Counted from the stretch's first letter, positions 29,376-38,867 are shown. The stretch: DNA of 64,000 nt from Thermoplasmata archaeon (GCA_020696365.1 JAEHCM010000006.1:19484-83483); one strand, 5' to 3'. Program-made: numbers and translations. The notes: generated by a model from the sequence alone, not told the origin.

Positions 29376-30641
29376 TCATATCTTGAGCGTGTCAAGGACC
29401 CGCTCGTAGAGTCTGTAATCCTCGCCCTGAGTGAACTTCTGTATCGCTGATTCCGGCAATTGTCCAAGGAGCTGATCAAGGACCCTGAGAAGCTTCCTGA
29501 CCTCGTCTTCTTCCGCTATGAGTTCTCGTAACCTCAGGTCAGCCTCTTCCTTCTCTTCCGCGGCCTTCCTTATGCGGGTCTCGAGCGAAGACATACTGTC
29601 ATCAAGCATCATATCCTCGTCGGGCTCGGGCGATTCCTGCTCCCCCTTGAGTGTGACCTCCATCCGCATCAGCCTGCAAACGGCCTCTCTCTCCATCTCG
29701 ACCCTTTCGTTCTCGCGCACTGACTCGCTCCCGGCCGATTCGGAGGAAGCCTTCATCTCCTCTAGCAGAGCGTTCTCCCGCTGTATCCGTTCCAACCTTG
29801 CTGACAACTCCGCCTCTTTGTCGTTTAGCTCCTTCTTCTTCAGAGCGTAACCCTTGATCTTCCTGTCAACCATCTCCTCCCGCTTGGCGACCTGTTCCTC
29901 CTTAGCTTTCAGCTCGTCGGCCCCGGCTCCTCCTGACTCCACCTTCATCTTGAGAGCCTTTGCGGCGAGGCCTTTCTGCTCCGTCCCCTCGCCCAGGTCG
30001 AGCGAGCTTGAAAGCGCCGATATCTCTTCTGCGACCGATAGCATGCTGGAATACAACTCCGTAACGTCCGTCATCTCCTTGGCGAGGGCAACGGCTCCCG
30101 CCTCGACTAGGTCCAGCTTCGGGTTGGATTCGTCCATGCCTTCCATGTCGACAAGGCGAGCCTTCTCCTCGTCGACTCGCTCGCCCATGCGTCGGAGCAA
30201 ATCCACCCTATCATCCACTAGACTCGCCATGCTCCTCACGAGCCCGCGGAGCTGCTGCAACTGGTCCTCGGAGATGCCCTCCATCTCCTCTGACTCTGGG
30301 ACAGTCGTCTCCTCCGGTTCCGCAGACCACGACGACTCGTCCGAAGTGGGTTCATCATCCTTAGATGGCGAATCTACGCCTCCAGCGACATCCGTCTGCC
30401 TCACGGCCTTCACCCGGAATTTCATGCCGCACTGAAAGCATTCCGAAACGCCGAAGGTCAGAAGACTCTTGCATCGAGGACAGAAGAACGCCTTAACCTC
30501 TTCCTTGAACTGGGAATCGCACGATGGGCAGCGCTCGATGGTACTGTCCACGAAGGACTTGCATTTGAGGCAATACGCCTCTCCGTTCCTTGTTACACCT
30601 TTCTGAGCCAAGGTCAACTCTCCGATCAGGGGGATCTGCAC
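29376..30641 (-). CDS. Zinc-ribbon plus coiled-coil protein, hypothetical
   Basis: Four CxxC pairs at the N-terminus, acidic linker, coiled-coil, compact C-terminal motif LLGQLPESAIQKF. Confidence 0.8.
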   Translation of the reverse strand: MQIPLIGELTLAQKGVTRNGEAYCLKCKSFVDSTIERCPSCDSQFKEEVKAFFCPRCKSLLTFGVSECFQCGMKFRVKAVRQTDVAGGVDSPSKDDEPTSDESSWSAEPEETTVPESEEMEGISEDQLQQLRGLVRSMASLVDDRVDLLRRMGERVDEEKARLVDMEGMDESNPKLDLVEAGAVALAKEMTDVTELYSSMLSVAEEISALSSSLDLGEGTEQKGLAAKALKMKVESGGAGADELKAKEEQVAKREEMVDRKIKGYALKKKELNDKEAELSARLERIQRENALLEEMKASSESAGSESVRENERVEMEREAVCRLMRMEVTLKGEQESPEPDEDMMLDDSMSSLETRIRKAAEEKEEADLRLRELIAEEDEVRKLLRVLDQLLGQLPESAIQKFTQGEDYRLYERVLDTLKI

Positions 30642-30873
30642 GCCAAGCGGTGCGTTCGCGTTCTACAATGGTCTCCCAACGACTTTAGTTTGACGGTCGG
30701 CATTTCAGAGCGGTCTCCGACCGCTTCACCGAACTCCAGCGTCACAGGCGACACAAGTTCCACTGGAGTTTTCATGGTATGAGCCGACGGGAGGTATGTC
30801 AAGGATGATAACTGAATGAAAATATGTAGTTTCCCTGAGAAAAGTCTTGGGGTTTCGGCGATCACGAGGCCCA

Positions 30874-31272
30874 TCATACCTCGACGAGCTTGATTAGAGT
30901 CGAAGTTCTGATGACTCCCGGATAGGCCCTGACATCGTCCACCATTCGGTTGAGTTCGTCGAGCGTGTCCGCTGTCAGCCGCACAGCCACATCGAATTCG
31001 CCGCTGCACTCGAAGACGCCATCGGACATCTCGCTCGCCTTCGCCTTGACGGCAGCTGTCCTTCCTACCTGGGTGTCGATGAGCACGATCCCCTCAACTC
31101 CCACAGGTGACGTCTCGATAGTGAATTTCCGAATCACCCCTCCGCGGACAAGCTTCTCTATCCTCGCTCTGACCGCCCGCTCAGTGAGGTTGACCTGGCG
31201 CGCAATCTCAGTGTTCTTCATCCTCGAGTACTCCCTGAGGAGATTGAGGATCTTAGTGTCCGTGTCATCCAT
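30874..31272 (-). CDS. Lrp/AsnC family transcriptional regulator
   Basis: MDDTDTKILNLL...EIARQVNLTERAVRARIEKL HTH plus a RAM-like C-terminal domain; start set at ATG 31272. Confidence 0.85.
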   Translation of the reverse strand: MDDTDTKILNLLREYSRMKNTEIARQVNLTERAVRARIEKLVRGGVIRKFTIETSPVGVEGIVLIDTQVGRTAAVKAKASEMSDGVFECSGEFDVAVRLTADTLDELNRMVDDVRAYPGVIRTSTLIKLVEV

Positions 31273-31485
31273 GAAGAGAGATAGTGTCGTTCCGGTTATC
31301 GTACCTTTCGATAGACTTCTCATTTCAAGGGGAGTTGAGTTCGCACAGGGCAGATTGTGCCAGACCGGAAATCTAGCCCGAATACGTCCATCACCCTCAT
31401 CAATGAACACTATTGGGCAACGGGAAGGAGGGGGGAAGGGTTTGCAGCGCTATCCCTCATTACTCAATCAGGCGCGAGAAACAAT

Positions 31486-31507
31486 GTGGTGGGCCCAACC
31501 GGATTTG
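31486..31507. repeat. Distal att copy, GTGGTGGGCCCAACCGGATTTG
   Basis: Identical to 36762-36783. Confidence 0.92.
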
Positions 31508-31661
31508 GGCTGACTCTGACGACTGGCAAATCGAGCAAGGAACATATAGTCTGTAATTGTGCATCGCCGGAAGGACGCAAGAAACAGCGCCCAAACCCCT
31601 TTCTCTTTTTCATTCTTCAAGTCGGTGGGGTTGAGGTTGGAGCTAACCCCCTTTCATTCTT

Positions 31662-32282
31662 TCACTTTTTCCGCGCAGCTATCTCAACACATGCAGTCCA
31701 TACTGCTACCATCACGCCTGCTATTCCGAGTGCCCACAGGACTCCGTCCGGTCCGGGCCACTCTATGATTTCTGCGTCATGCATATTCTTCCAAGTCGTC
31801 CAAACCATCACTGACCATACAACATAGAAGGCTGCCGTTATCAGGTGTATGCCCTGTTTGAACCCCAATCCAGAACCCATATAGAACATCCAGTGTCTAT
31901 CGGGGGGAAAGGCCCCGAGGTTCTCAGAATCATCATAGCTATCTGGCTGCCCCCATTCACAGACGTCCGCGTGTAGGTGTCGTGACCGTCGGAAATACCA
32001 TTCGGTCCAGTGCCAGACGCGAATCAACAACGAATGCCAAATCATGGTGAAGAATATGCCCCCGATTGCTATGGCGGACCTGACTTGAAGGCTCTCGGAG
32101 CCAAGAGAACCCTCACTGGCTGCTGCGAACGCGGTCAGGAGCAACCCTTCCGTCACGAACCAGTAGTTCAGTCGGGTGTGAACTAATCGATTTGACTCAG
32201 TATGCCAATCATGAGCAAGCCGTACAGGGTCGAGCCCCTCTAATGGTAGCTCAACTCCGCAATCCGGACATTTCCTCGGCAT
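31662..32282 (-). CDS. Multi-pass membrane protein (element cargo)
   Basis: N-terminal CPDC then about four hydrophobic segments; start set at ATG 32282. Confidence 0.65.
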   Translation of the reverse strand: MPRKCPDCGVELPLEGLDPVRLAHDWHTESNRLVHTRLNYWFVTEGLLLTAFAAASEGSLGSESLQVRSAIAIGGIFFTMIWHSLLIRVWHWTEWYFRRSRHLHADVCEWGQPDSYDDSENLGAFPPDRHWMFYMGSGLGFKQGIHLITAAFYVVWSVMVWTTWKNMHDAEIIEWPGPDGVLWALGIAGVMVAVWTACVEIAARKK

Positions 32283-32493
32283 TCCCCTCGACCACATAGC
32301 GCATACCCTTCCGCCCCTATGGCCCTTTGCACGCTATCAGGCGCGTTTCTGGGCGCGAATAGCCAAGGATTCGGCCTCAAGATCGCGTAGGCATACCTGA
32401 GTGCCTCTGAGGGCGCATTGGGCCGTAATCAAGGCTATTCCTGGATAAGATGGCCGTTTTATCGCGTCTTTGGGAGGCGCCCGGAAATCCGAC

Positions 32494-33498
32494 TCAAACC
32501 CTTTCCTCTTTTCTTGCTAGCATATAGAGAACATATCGCCCCTGTGACTCTCGCCCGATGTTCCGTAGCGCGGCTGGGATAGAAACGAGTCTTCCAACAA
32601 TTGGGTCGAACGGGTCGAACACTTGGACCTTGTTCACGGCGACGTTCACCAAGGACTTGAGAAATCCAGGTTTCTTGCCCGAATACGTTATCGAATCCAA
32701 GCACGGCTGCGCAAAAGGCACAGCTGCTTCCAGGGAGAACCCGCACGACTCGAAGAGACACCTTGCAGAATCCCTGCCATAGTAGCACATATGCTCGAAG
32801 TCCACCTTGAATCCTGTCCATTGATTGCCTTCTTGTTTCAGACAATCCGCGTTGGGCGATGTGGCTGCAAGGTAGCCACCAGGAGCAAGAACGCCTCGCA
32901 GACCAGTCAACAGATCTCGCGGATATGCAATATGCTCGAGTACGTCCCAAAGAACCACCAAATCGAATCGATTTTCATCTGCTGGCAGGTCGCCCAAGTA
33001 ACCAGCATATACGTCGAGTCCCAACCGCTTCCTCGCAGCTATGGCCATTTTCTTGTCTGGTTCGATTCCCGCGACATGACCGGCTCCATGATTCTGGCAC
33101 AAGAGAAGAAACCTCGAATTCCCACAACCAACATCCAGTATTCTCTTTCCTTTGATGTCTATTCCTACACGCTTCAAGACATGTGTCCTGCAATTGCCTC
33201 TGAGGAATCCGTATCGCGAGCGAGATATTCCACGCCAATAGCTCTCATCTTCGCAGTCGATTTTCTGATGAACCTCAGAGTACCTAGAATAGAACTCATT
33301 CAATGCGGAATCAGAAGGTCTTGGGGAGACGTAGAGCAATCCGCATCTCGCGCAGCTCCTCACCATCAAGCCGTCTGCTCTAGTCACAATCGGATTTGCC
33401 GCTTCAAACGCGCACACGGGACAATGAACTTCGACAAGTTCCCCCTTGGCCCAAGAAGGGACTCTAGAGTCAAGAGACTCCAGAACGGTAGTTGCCAT
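32494..33498 (-). CDS. Class I SAM-dependent methyltransferase with N-terminal Cys pairs (element cargo)
   Basis: CPVC...CARC, ILDVGCGNS, WDVLEHI, SPN. Confidence 0.85.
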   Translation of the reverse strand: MATTVLESLDSRVPSWAKGELVEVHCPVCAFEAANPIVTRADGLMVRSCARCGLLYVSPRPSDSALNEFYSRYSEVHQKIDCEDESYWRGISRSRYGFLRGNCRTHVLKRVGIDIKGKRILDVGCGNSRFLLLCQNHGAGHVAGIEPDKKMAIAARKRLGLDVYAGYLGDLPADENRFDLVVLWDVLEHIAYPRDLLTGLRGVLAPGGYLAATSPNADCLKQEGNQWTGFKVDFEHMCYYGRDSARCLFESCGFSLEAAVPFAQPCLDSITYSGKKPGFLKSLVNVAVNKVQVFDPFDPIVGRLVSIPAALRNIGRESQGRYVLYMLARKEERV

Positions 33499-33941
33499 TT
33501 CCTCCGCCCCTGAATCGCCTTCGATGGCTTAAGGGCTTCTCTCGGCAACCTTCCGATGACGGCCTGAAAGTGTCAACGTTAATACGTTCGACGTTTGTCT
33601 TACGCTACTTTTAACAACCCTGAGGAAAACCTTCTATAGGGGCCTGCCCCCTAAATTCTATGCCGGTCAACCACGAGATTGACGGCAGGCACACTTGCAT
33701 CGAAACCAACCTCGATGCGAGGGCGGAGTGACCAGATTGGGCCGTGACCTGCGCGCTATGACCGCGTGCGGTGTGCGCACCGTGTAGAGGTGCGTGAGGG
33801 AGGTTTACTAACCCCCAATGAAGCGGGTCTAAGGCACTCTGCTAGGTCGTAGCCCAATTTGATTCTGGGATTTCCCAGGGGTCCTCGAAGTCGGCCACCC
33901 GAACCCTTCCAAGGGCAAGAGGAAGGAGGAAAGGTGCTCCG

Positions 33942-34229
33942 ATGAGGACCTCGAAAAGTGGAAACGATACGGAAGATAAGCGGACTGGACGCAATATCCA
34001 GGGCGATGCGAACGGATTATCATGCGATGCTAGCCTGGGCCTGATTATTCGCGGTGATGTTCGAGCGATCCAAAAGGGTCTAACGGACATCGAGCCGATG
34101 CTTGGCAGGCATGAGCTGAGACTGGTCTATAAGATACTCTATCCAGGCCGACTGAGAATCAAGCGTGAGCCAATAACAGAAACAGAAGTCGAATCAGTTG
34201 TGGACGGTGTTGCGGATGGTCCTTCGTGA
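33942..34229 (+). CDS. Hypothetical protein (element)
   Basis: 95-aa ORF with upstream GGAGG-like RBS; first of a co-oriented run. Confidence 0.4.
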   Translation: MRTSKSGNDTEDKRTGRNIQGDANGLSCDASLGLIIRGDVRAIQKGLTDIEPMLGRHELRLVYKILYPGRLRIKREPITETEVESVVDGVADGPS

Positions 34230-34263
34230 CACCGTACGCGAGACTAGGGCGAACGACGAGCGC

Positions 34264-34521
34264 ATGGAGTCGTGCCCTCGATTCGACGAGTGCGACGCGC
34301 CGAAGTGTCCCTTGGACGAGAACGCCGATGTTCGCGTGTTTATCCCTGGAGAACCGGAGTGTACTGCCCGAAAGGGTGCTAGGTATAGGGTAGGGGGCAC
34401 TAGCCTCGAAACCCTTGGGCTAACGAGCAAGGAATACGCTTCTATGCTCAATTGGTACGGCAGTAGAGAGGCCGTAATACACGCATTGAGTAAGAAATAC
34501 GGCAAAGGGGTGGTTAGTTGA
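34264..34521 (+). CDS. Small Cys-containing hypothetical protein (element)
   Basis: MESCPRFDECDAPKCPLD...C, a putative metal-binding motif. Confidence 0.55.
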   Translation: MESCPRFDECDAPKCPLDENADVRVFIPGEPECTARKGARYRVGGTSLETLGLTSKEYASMLNWYGSREAVIHALSKKYGKGVVS

Positions 34522-34733
34522 CCCTCGATGGAGGGCACGGAACCACCTCTAAGGGGGCCGTTACGGGCTTGTTAGGGGGCTGCGAGGGTCTATCTAACGG
34601 TCCGTCATGTTTGCATCGTGGGCTGTCCGTGGGCAGTCCGTGCCTTGTCCGTCACGCATCCGGTCAATCGCCCGTGCGCGCGGACGATAATACGATAAGC
34701 GATACGATAACGTTACGAGCAGTCGTAGGAAAC

Positions 34734-35135
34734 GTGACGGGTGACGTATGCGATAACGAACCGCGCGTACGCGTTGGCCCCGACTACCCTTTCACCGAGA
34801 ACGAGCTTAAAGATCGATACGGGGTCGAGTTCATCAGGACGCCGCACAACGAACGACTGGTATTCGAGAACGCGTCTTACCTCGATGTTCACGACATCCA
34901 GAATCAAAAGTTCGGTTACGGCTACCTCGCCCATGTCTGGCGCGTTGACTTCCTGGCAGTAGGCGTACTGGACTTCAAGCAACCGATGCCTGGACTGTTG
35001 CAGATAACGGTCAAGCGATGGCGTCATGCGCGATTGGGCGATGCGAGGACCGTCTTTCAGGGTACTTGTGCGGTGGTAGCGAACGATGCTCGGCAGATCG
35101 TCGGCATTCAGGTGCAGATGGGGGAGGACGCATGA
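34734..35135 (+). CDS. Hypothetical protein (element)
   Basis: Start moved to GTG 34734 (AGGA upstream) because the upstream part of the listed ORF is repeat-rich; stop overlaps the recombinase ATG. Confidence 0.5.
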   Translation: MTGDVCDNEPRVRVGPDYPFTENELKDRYGVEFIRTPHNERLVFENASYLDVHDIQNQKFGYGYLAHVWRVDFLAVGVLDFKQPMPGLLQITVKRWRHARLGDARTVFQGTCAVVANDARQIVGIQVQMGEDA

Positions 35136-35749
35136 AAGTTGCGTTGTACGCGCGCGTGTCGAAGAGCGACGACTCGCAAGACCCTGAGAATCAGCTCATA
35201 CGGTTGCGTTCCTACGCGAAAGAGCGTTCGTGGCAGGTCCATGACGAGTACGTTGACCGTGCATCGGGCGCGGACGATTACAGGCCCGCGTTGGACCGCA
35301 TGATGAACGACGCGGTGGCTCGGCGCGTCGGCTTGGTGCTCACAACGAAGATTGACAGGATAGCGCGCTCCGCAAGGAACCTGTTGAACCTGCTTGAGCG
35401 TTTGAAAGAGCGCGGAGTCCTCTTCGAATGTGCGGACCAACCGTTCTCGACCGACGAGTCAACGGGACGGTTCCTATTGACCGTGCTCGGTGCCGTTGCC
35501 GAACTTGAGCGCGAGCTGATTAGCGAACGCACAAAGGCAGGCCTTGCGAGGGCGAAAGCGCAAGGCAAACGCCTGGGCCGTCCGCTTATCGAGCTGGATA
35601 TGGATAGAGTCCGAGAGCTGAAAGGCCAAGGATGGGGATACCGCAAGATCGCCCAGGAGTTCGACGTCTCGCATCAGACGATAAAGAACCGTCTAAGATA
35701 CGGGGTGGTCAATCCTGAGACTGTAGGCGACGGAAATCAGGGGGCATAG
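35132..35749 (+). CDS. Serine recombinase (resolvase/invertase family) with C-terminal HTH
   Basis: MKVALYARVS (catalytic Ser), KIDRIARS, ERELISERTKAGL, HTH tail. Confidence 0.92.
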   Translation: MKVALYARVSKSDDSQDPENQLIRLRSYAKERSWQVHDEYVDRASGADDYRPALDRMMNDAVARRVGLVLTTKIDRIARSARNLLNLLERLKERGVLFECADQPFSTDESTGRFLLTVLGAVAELERELISERTKAGLARAKAQGKRLGRPLIELDMDRVRELKGQGWGYRKIAQEFDVSHQTIKNRLRYGVVNPETVGDGNQGA

Positions 35750-35809
35750 GAAATAGACGATAAGTTTACGTTAAGTCACGCCAATGCCGATGGTGGAAGG
35801 TGTGACGAC

Positions 35810-36784
35810 ATGCCAAGAAATCCGTCGCCCTTCCAGCGATGCATAACTGGATATGTGGACTACATGACGACTGAGGCGATGTATGCGGACAAAACCATCG
35901 ATGAATACCGATGGGCCATCATCCGATGCCATGACATCGTTCGTGTAGGCCAGGGGCCGGAGAACCCTGAGAGAGTATCGAGAGAGAACCTGGAGTATCT
36001 GCTGGAGAACATGACTGGACGTGTGGCGAACCGCAAGTTCAACTGGACCGCGTACGCTGGATTCCTGAAATGGTGTGGCAACGACGCCATACACGACAAG
36101 AAACCGAAGTGGCCGAACGAACAGCGTATGAAGGTCGATTGGCTGACGGAAGAGGAGGCGTACGCCGTCCGAGAGACCGCGATGGGCATGGACCCGCTAT
36201 CGGCGCTCATAGTGCATCTGGAGCTTGACCTGTGTCTCAGGCGCATCGAGATAATGCGCTTGACAACTAGCTCCATTCACGACAACGGGATCGATGTTCT
36301 CGGTAAGGGCCGGATGGGTGGTAAGCTGAGAAGGGTCTCCCTGGTCGCGGGTGAGTCTGAGGCCATAATCGGCAGATACATGGAACACCGGGCAGAGCTA
36401 GAGCGCAAGGCGACGGGGCCGCGAACGGACAAACTCGTCGTCCATCTATGGCACGGAACACTGAAACCCTATTGTCGGTGTGCCCTGGACAAGCGCTTGA
36501 AGAACATACAGGTGGCATCAGGGGTGTCGTTCCTGGGACACCACACACTGAGGCGAACGGCAGGGCGCCTCATGTGGTTGGCGAAGATGCCAATAGAGAC
36601 AATCGCATCAGTCATGGGACACGCGAGCACGGATATGACCCTGCTGTACATCGGCGTCAACTTGGACGACCAAGCTAAGGCATTCGACGCAGTGCGGAAT
36701 ATGCGTATCCAGTCGCAAAAAACCGCGAAAATCGTTCCTTCGCTGGACATGCCAGTGGCGAGTGGTGGGCCCAACCGGATTTGA
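35810..36784 (+). CDS. Tyrosine integrase
   Basis: LRRIE, GKG, HTLRRT, MGH, LLY catalytic set; the 3' end runs through the att site. Confidence 0.92.
   Translation: MPRNPSPFQRCITGYVDYMTTEAMYADKTIDEYRWAIIRCHDIVRVGQGPENPERVSRENLEYLLENMTGRVANRKFNWTAYAGFLKWCGNDAIHDKKPKWPNEQRMKVDWLTEEEAYAVRETAMGMDPLSALIVHLELDLCLRRIEIMRLTTSSIHDNGIDVLGKGRMGGKLRRVSLVAGESEAIIGRYMEHRAELERKATGPRTDKLVVHLWHGTLKPYCRCALDKRLKNIQVASGVSFLGHHTLRRTAGRLMWLAKMPIETIASVMGHASTDMTLLYIGVNLDDQAKAFDAVRNMRIQSQKTAKIVPSLDMPVASGGPNRI
36762..36783. repeat. att copy within the tRNA-Ile 3' end
   Basis: Identical to 31486-31507. Confidence 0.92.
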
Positions 36785-36840
36785 ACCGGTGACCTCCCGG
36801 TTATCAGCCGGGTGCTCCAGCCAACCTAAGCTATGGGCCC
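36763..36840 (-). tRNA. tRNA-Ile(GAT)
   Basis: GGGCCCA acceptor stem, anticodon arm CCGG-CTGATAA-CCGG, GTTCAAATC T-loop, encoded CCA. Confidence 0.95.
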
Positions 36841-36903
36841 GTGGCGGCTCTTGCGCAATGCCGGCATCGGGATTAAATACTTTCCATGGCAGACGGTAGG
36901 TCG

Positions 36904-37971
36904 TCATTTCACCAGTTCGATCTGGACGTACCTACCCTCGCACGGATATCCCTTGCACACGTGCAGTCTGAGCTTCTTCAAATCGTATATCACCGAGAAT
37001 ATCGTCTCCGACGAATCAAGAGGATGCACCTTAGGATCCCTGTGACTGCAAATCGAGCTCGGTCGATTCACATGGTCTCTGAAGAGACCTTTCAGAGATT
37101 CCACCGTCACATCGCCCAGCTGCCGCTCTATGAGCCTCAGAGCACGGTTGTACCTGACGATTGAGCTTACAGACATCGGGTCCGATTCGAACCTTCGCAT
37201 CTTCTCAGCAGTGTAATGGTTCGTGTGCACGAGATATCCATCGATGCCGTACAACCATGCACAATCCGTGGCAGACCCCTCAAGGGAGTATATCTCGCCG
37301 TTCTTGTCGGAGCATATGTTGTTGTAGCTCGACGCACGCTCCTCGGGCATGGCAAACTCGAGCGCCTCGCCGATGCGGCGAGCCTCGAGGACCTTCCTAA
37401 CGGGGAACATCTTGGGGATTCCGATTCGCGTATCGTTAGGGCTCAAGGCGTTGCCGGTCAGGCACACTCCTCGGTCGTTCATACCCGTCGAGTGGACGAG
37501 ACCCGCATACGACGTGCATATGAAGGACGGCTTCTTCGAAGGTTTCGCGTGCAAAAGAACTACGGTCTTCAGGCAGCTCGCGTCCCAGTCCTCGTTGTGT
37601 CCTGCAAGAACGCTCCCGTCCGCAGTCATCTCGTCGGATACGACGACATCGGTACAGCCCTTGAAGCCAAGGGAAGAGAGAAGCTCGTGAGAGCACAGAG
37701 TGAACGCCTCCTCGAAGGTGATCCCCGCGCCTTCAGCGTATCCATCTATCTCCTCCACGAAATCAGGATAGAAGTCCTTTGCGTGTGGTAGATAGAACTT
37801 CGACTGTGCGATTGCACTGGCCCACTTCATTCCGGTGTAGAACTCTATGCTCTCTGCGACGGCCTTCCTGTAAGCCTTGGCCTTCGCCGCGCACTTCCTC
37901 CCCGCCTGTCTGCCCATGTCGAAAGGCTTCCCCGAAACCTCGACAACCTGCAATCTCGCAGCCATGCTCAT
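36904..37971 (-). CDS. C45 family autoproteolytic acyltransferase/peptidase (Ntn hydrolase)
   Basis: GCT cleavage/nucleophile site, GHNEDW, GMN, HTNHY. Confidence 0.85.
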   Translation of the reverse strand: MSMAARLQVVEVSGKPFDMGRQAGRKCAAKAKAYRKAVAESIEFYTGMKWASAIAQSKFYLPHAKDFYPDFVEEIDGYAEGAGITFEEAFTLCSHELLSSLGFKGCTDVVVSDEMTADGSVLAGHNEDWDASCLKTVVLLHAKPSKKPSFICTSYAGLVHSTGMNDRGVCLTGNALSPNDTRIGIPKMFPVRKVLEARRIGEALEFAMPEERASSYNNICSDKNGEIYSLEGSATDCAWLYGIDGYLVHTNHYTAEKMRRFESDPMSVSSIVRYNRALRLIERQLGDVTVESLKGLFRDHVNRPSSICSHRDPKVHPLDSSETIFSVIYDLKKLRLHVCKGYPCEGRYVQIELVK

Positions 37972-38036
37972 CTGCAACCCTCGATGATCCTGGAGAACAT
38001 CCTACTCTAAATATGCAACGAACGATTGAAGAGCCA

Positions 38037-38867
38037 TCATCTGAGGCTTCCCGGGACGTTCTGGAGCATGGTCAAAGCGGTCTTGGGCACCTTCTTCCCT
38101 GCGGCAACCTGCAGGCCCTCTTTCGCGATTGTCACTGGGCGGGGTACGGTGTCATGTGACGACCCACGCATCTTCTCGATGGTGATACAGCGTTCCATCT
38201 TGGTGCCAGTCATGAGCCTGTGGAGCCGGATCTCACCACGGCTGACGAATATCTCCGGTTCGACGGCGGTCGGGTCTGGCACATCGGTGATCACCAAGCA
38301 TGTGACATTGGACTCGGAGAGGAACCTGAGCAACGATACGATACCCGTACCCATATCCTGATCCCCCGACAACCTCTTCAGCGTCGTGAGTGAGTCGATC
38401 ACGACGCGCGAGTACCGCATCTCCAGGAACTCCTGTCTCAGCATCAGCTGTAGGGACTGCACGCTCAGATCAGGAGAGGCCAGCTTCATAGCATCCGTCC
38501 GCGCATCGTCCCGCGCCTCACGGAGCGACCCGACGGAGCGTTGCGCGGCTACCTCCACCATCGAGACCTTCTTGCTGTAGGCCTTAGCAGTCGGATGGAC
38601 GTCCAGAATGCGTATCTTGCCGACATCCCAGCCGAGGAATCTCCCGTTCTCCCTTATCTCCGCCGGAGGCTCATCGATCGCCACGAGAAGTGCCAGCTCC
38701 CCCTGCTTCACACCTTGCTGGAGAAACTGGACTCCTAGGGTCGTGCGCCCGCTTCCAGCGGTCCCGCAAAGGACATACGATCTCCCAGGGATGAGGCCGC
38801 CCTTGAGCATCTTGTCCAAGCCGCTGATGCCAGTGCTCACTCGCAGCTCCTTGACAGCCGTGTTCAC
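38037..38867 (-). CDS. Single-domain KaiC/RAD55-family ATPase with variant Walker A
   Basis: GTAGSGRTT, VVIDSL, IEKMRGSSH. Confidence 0.85.
   Translation of the reverse strand: MNTAVKELRVSTGISGLDKMLKGGLIPGRSYVLCGTAGSGRTTLGVQFLQQGVKQGELALLVAIDEPPAEIRENGRFLGWDVGKIRILDVHPTAKAYSKKVSMVEVAAQRSVGSLREARDDARTDAMKLASPDLSVQSLQLMLRQEFLEMRYSRVVIDSLTTLKRLSGDQDMGTGIVSLLRFLSESNVTCLVITDVPDPTAVEPEIFVSRGEIRLHRLMTGTKMERCITIEKMRGSSHDTVPRPVTIAKEGLQVAAGKKVPKTALTMLQNVPGSLR

Larger units (their letters stand above)
31486..36783. mobile_element. 5.3-kb element integrated at the 3' end of tRNA-Ile(GAT)
   Basis: Bounded by a 22-bp direct repeat equal to the tRNA 3' end; tyrosine integrase adjacent to the tRNA; internal serine recombinase. 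Confidence 0.88.

Noticed and set aside
30626-30777. Possible frameshift or amber read-through extending the zinc-ribbon gene upstream (in-frame TAG eight codons before the GTG)
   Set aside because: A TGA follows a short way further upstream in that frame, and there is no evidence of pyrrolysine machinery in the window.
31590-32515. Similar pyrimidine-rich stretches CAAACCC..TTTC.TCTTTT at about 31592 and 32495
   Set aside because: Low complexity, and one copy is inside the methyltransferase 3' end.
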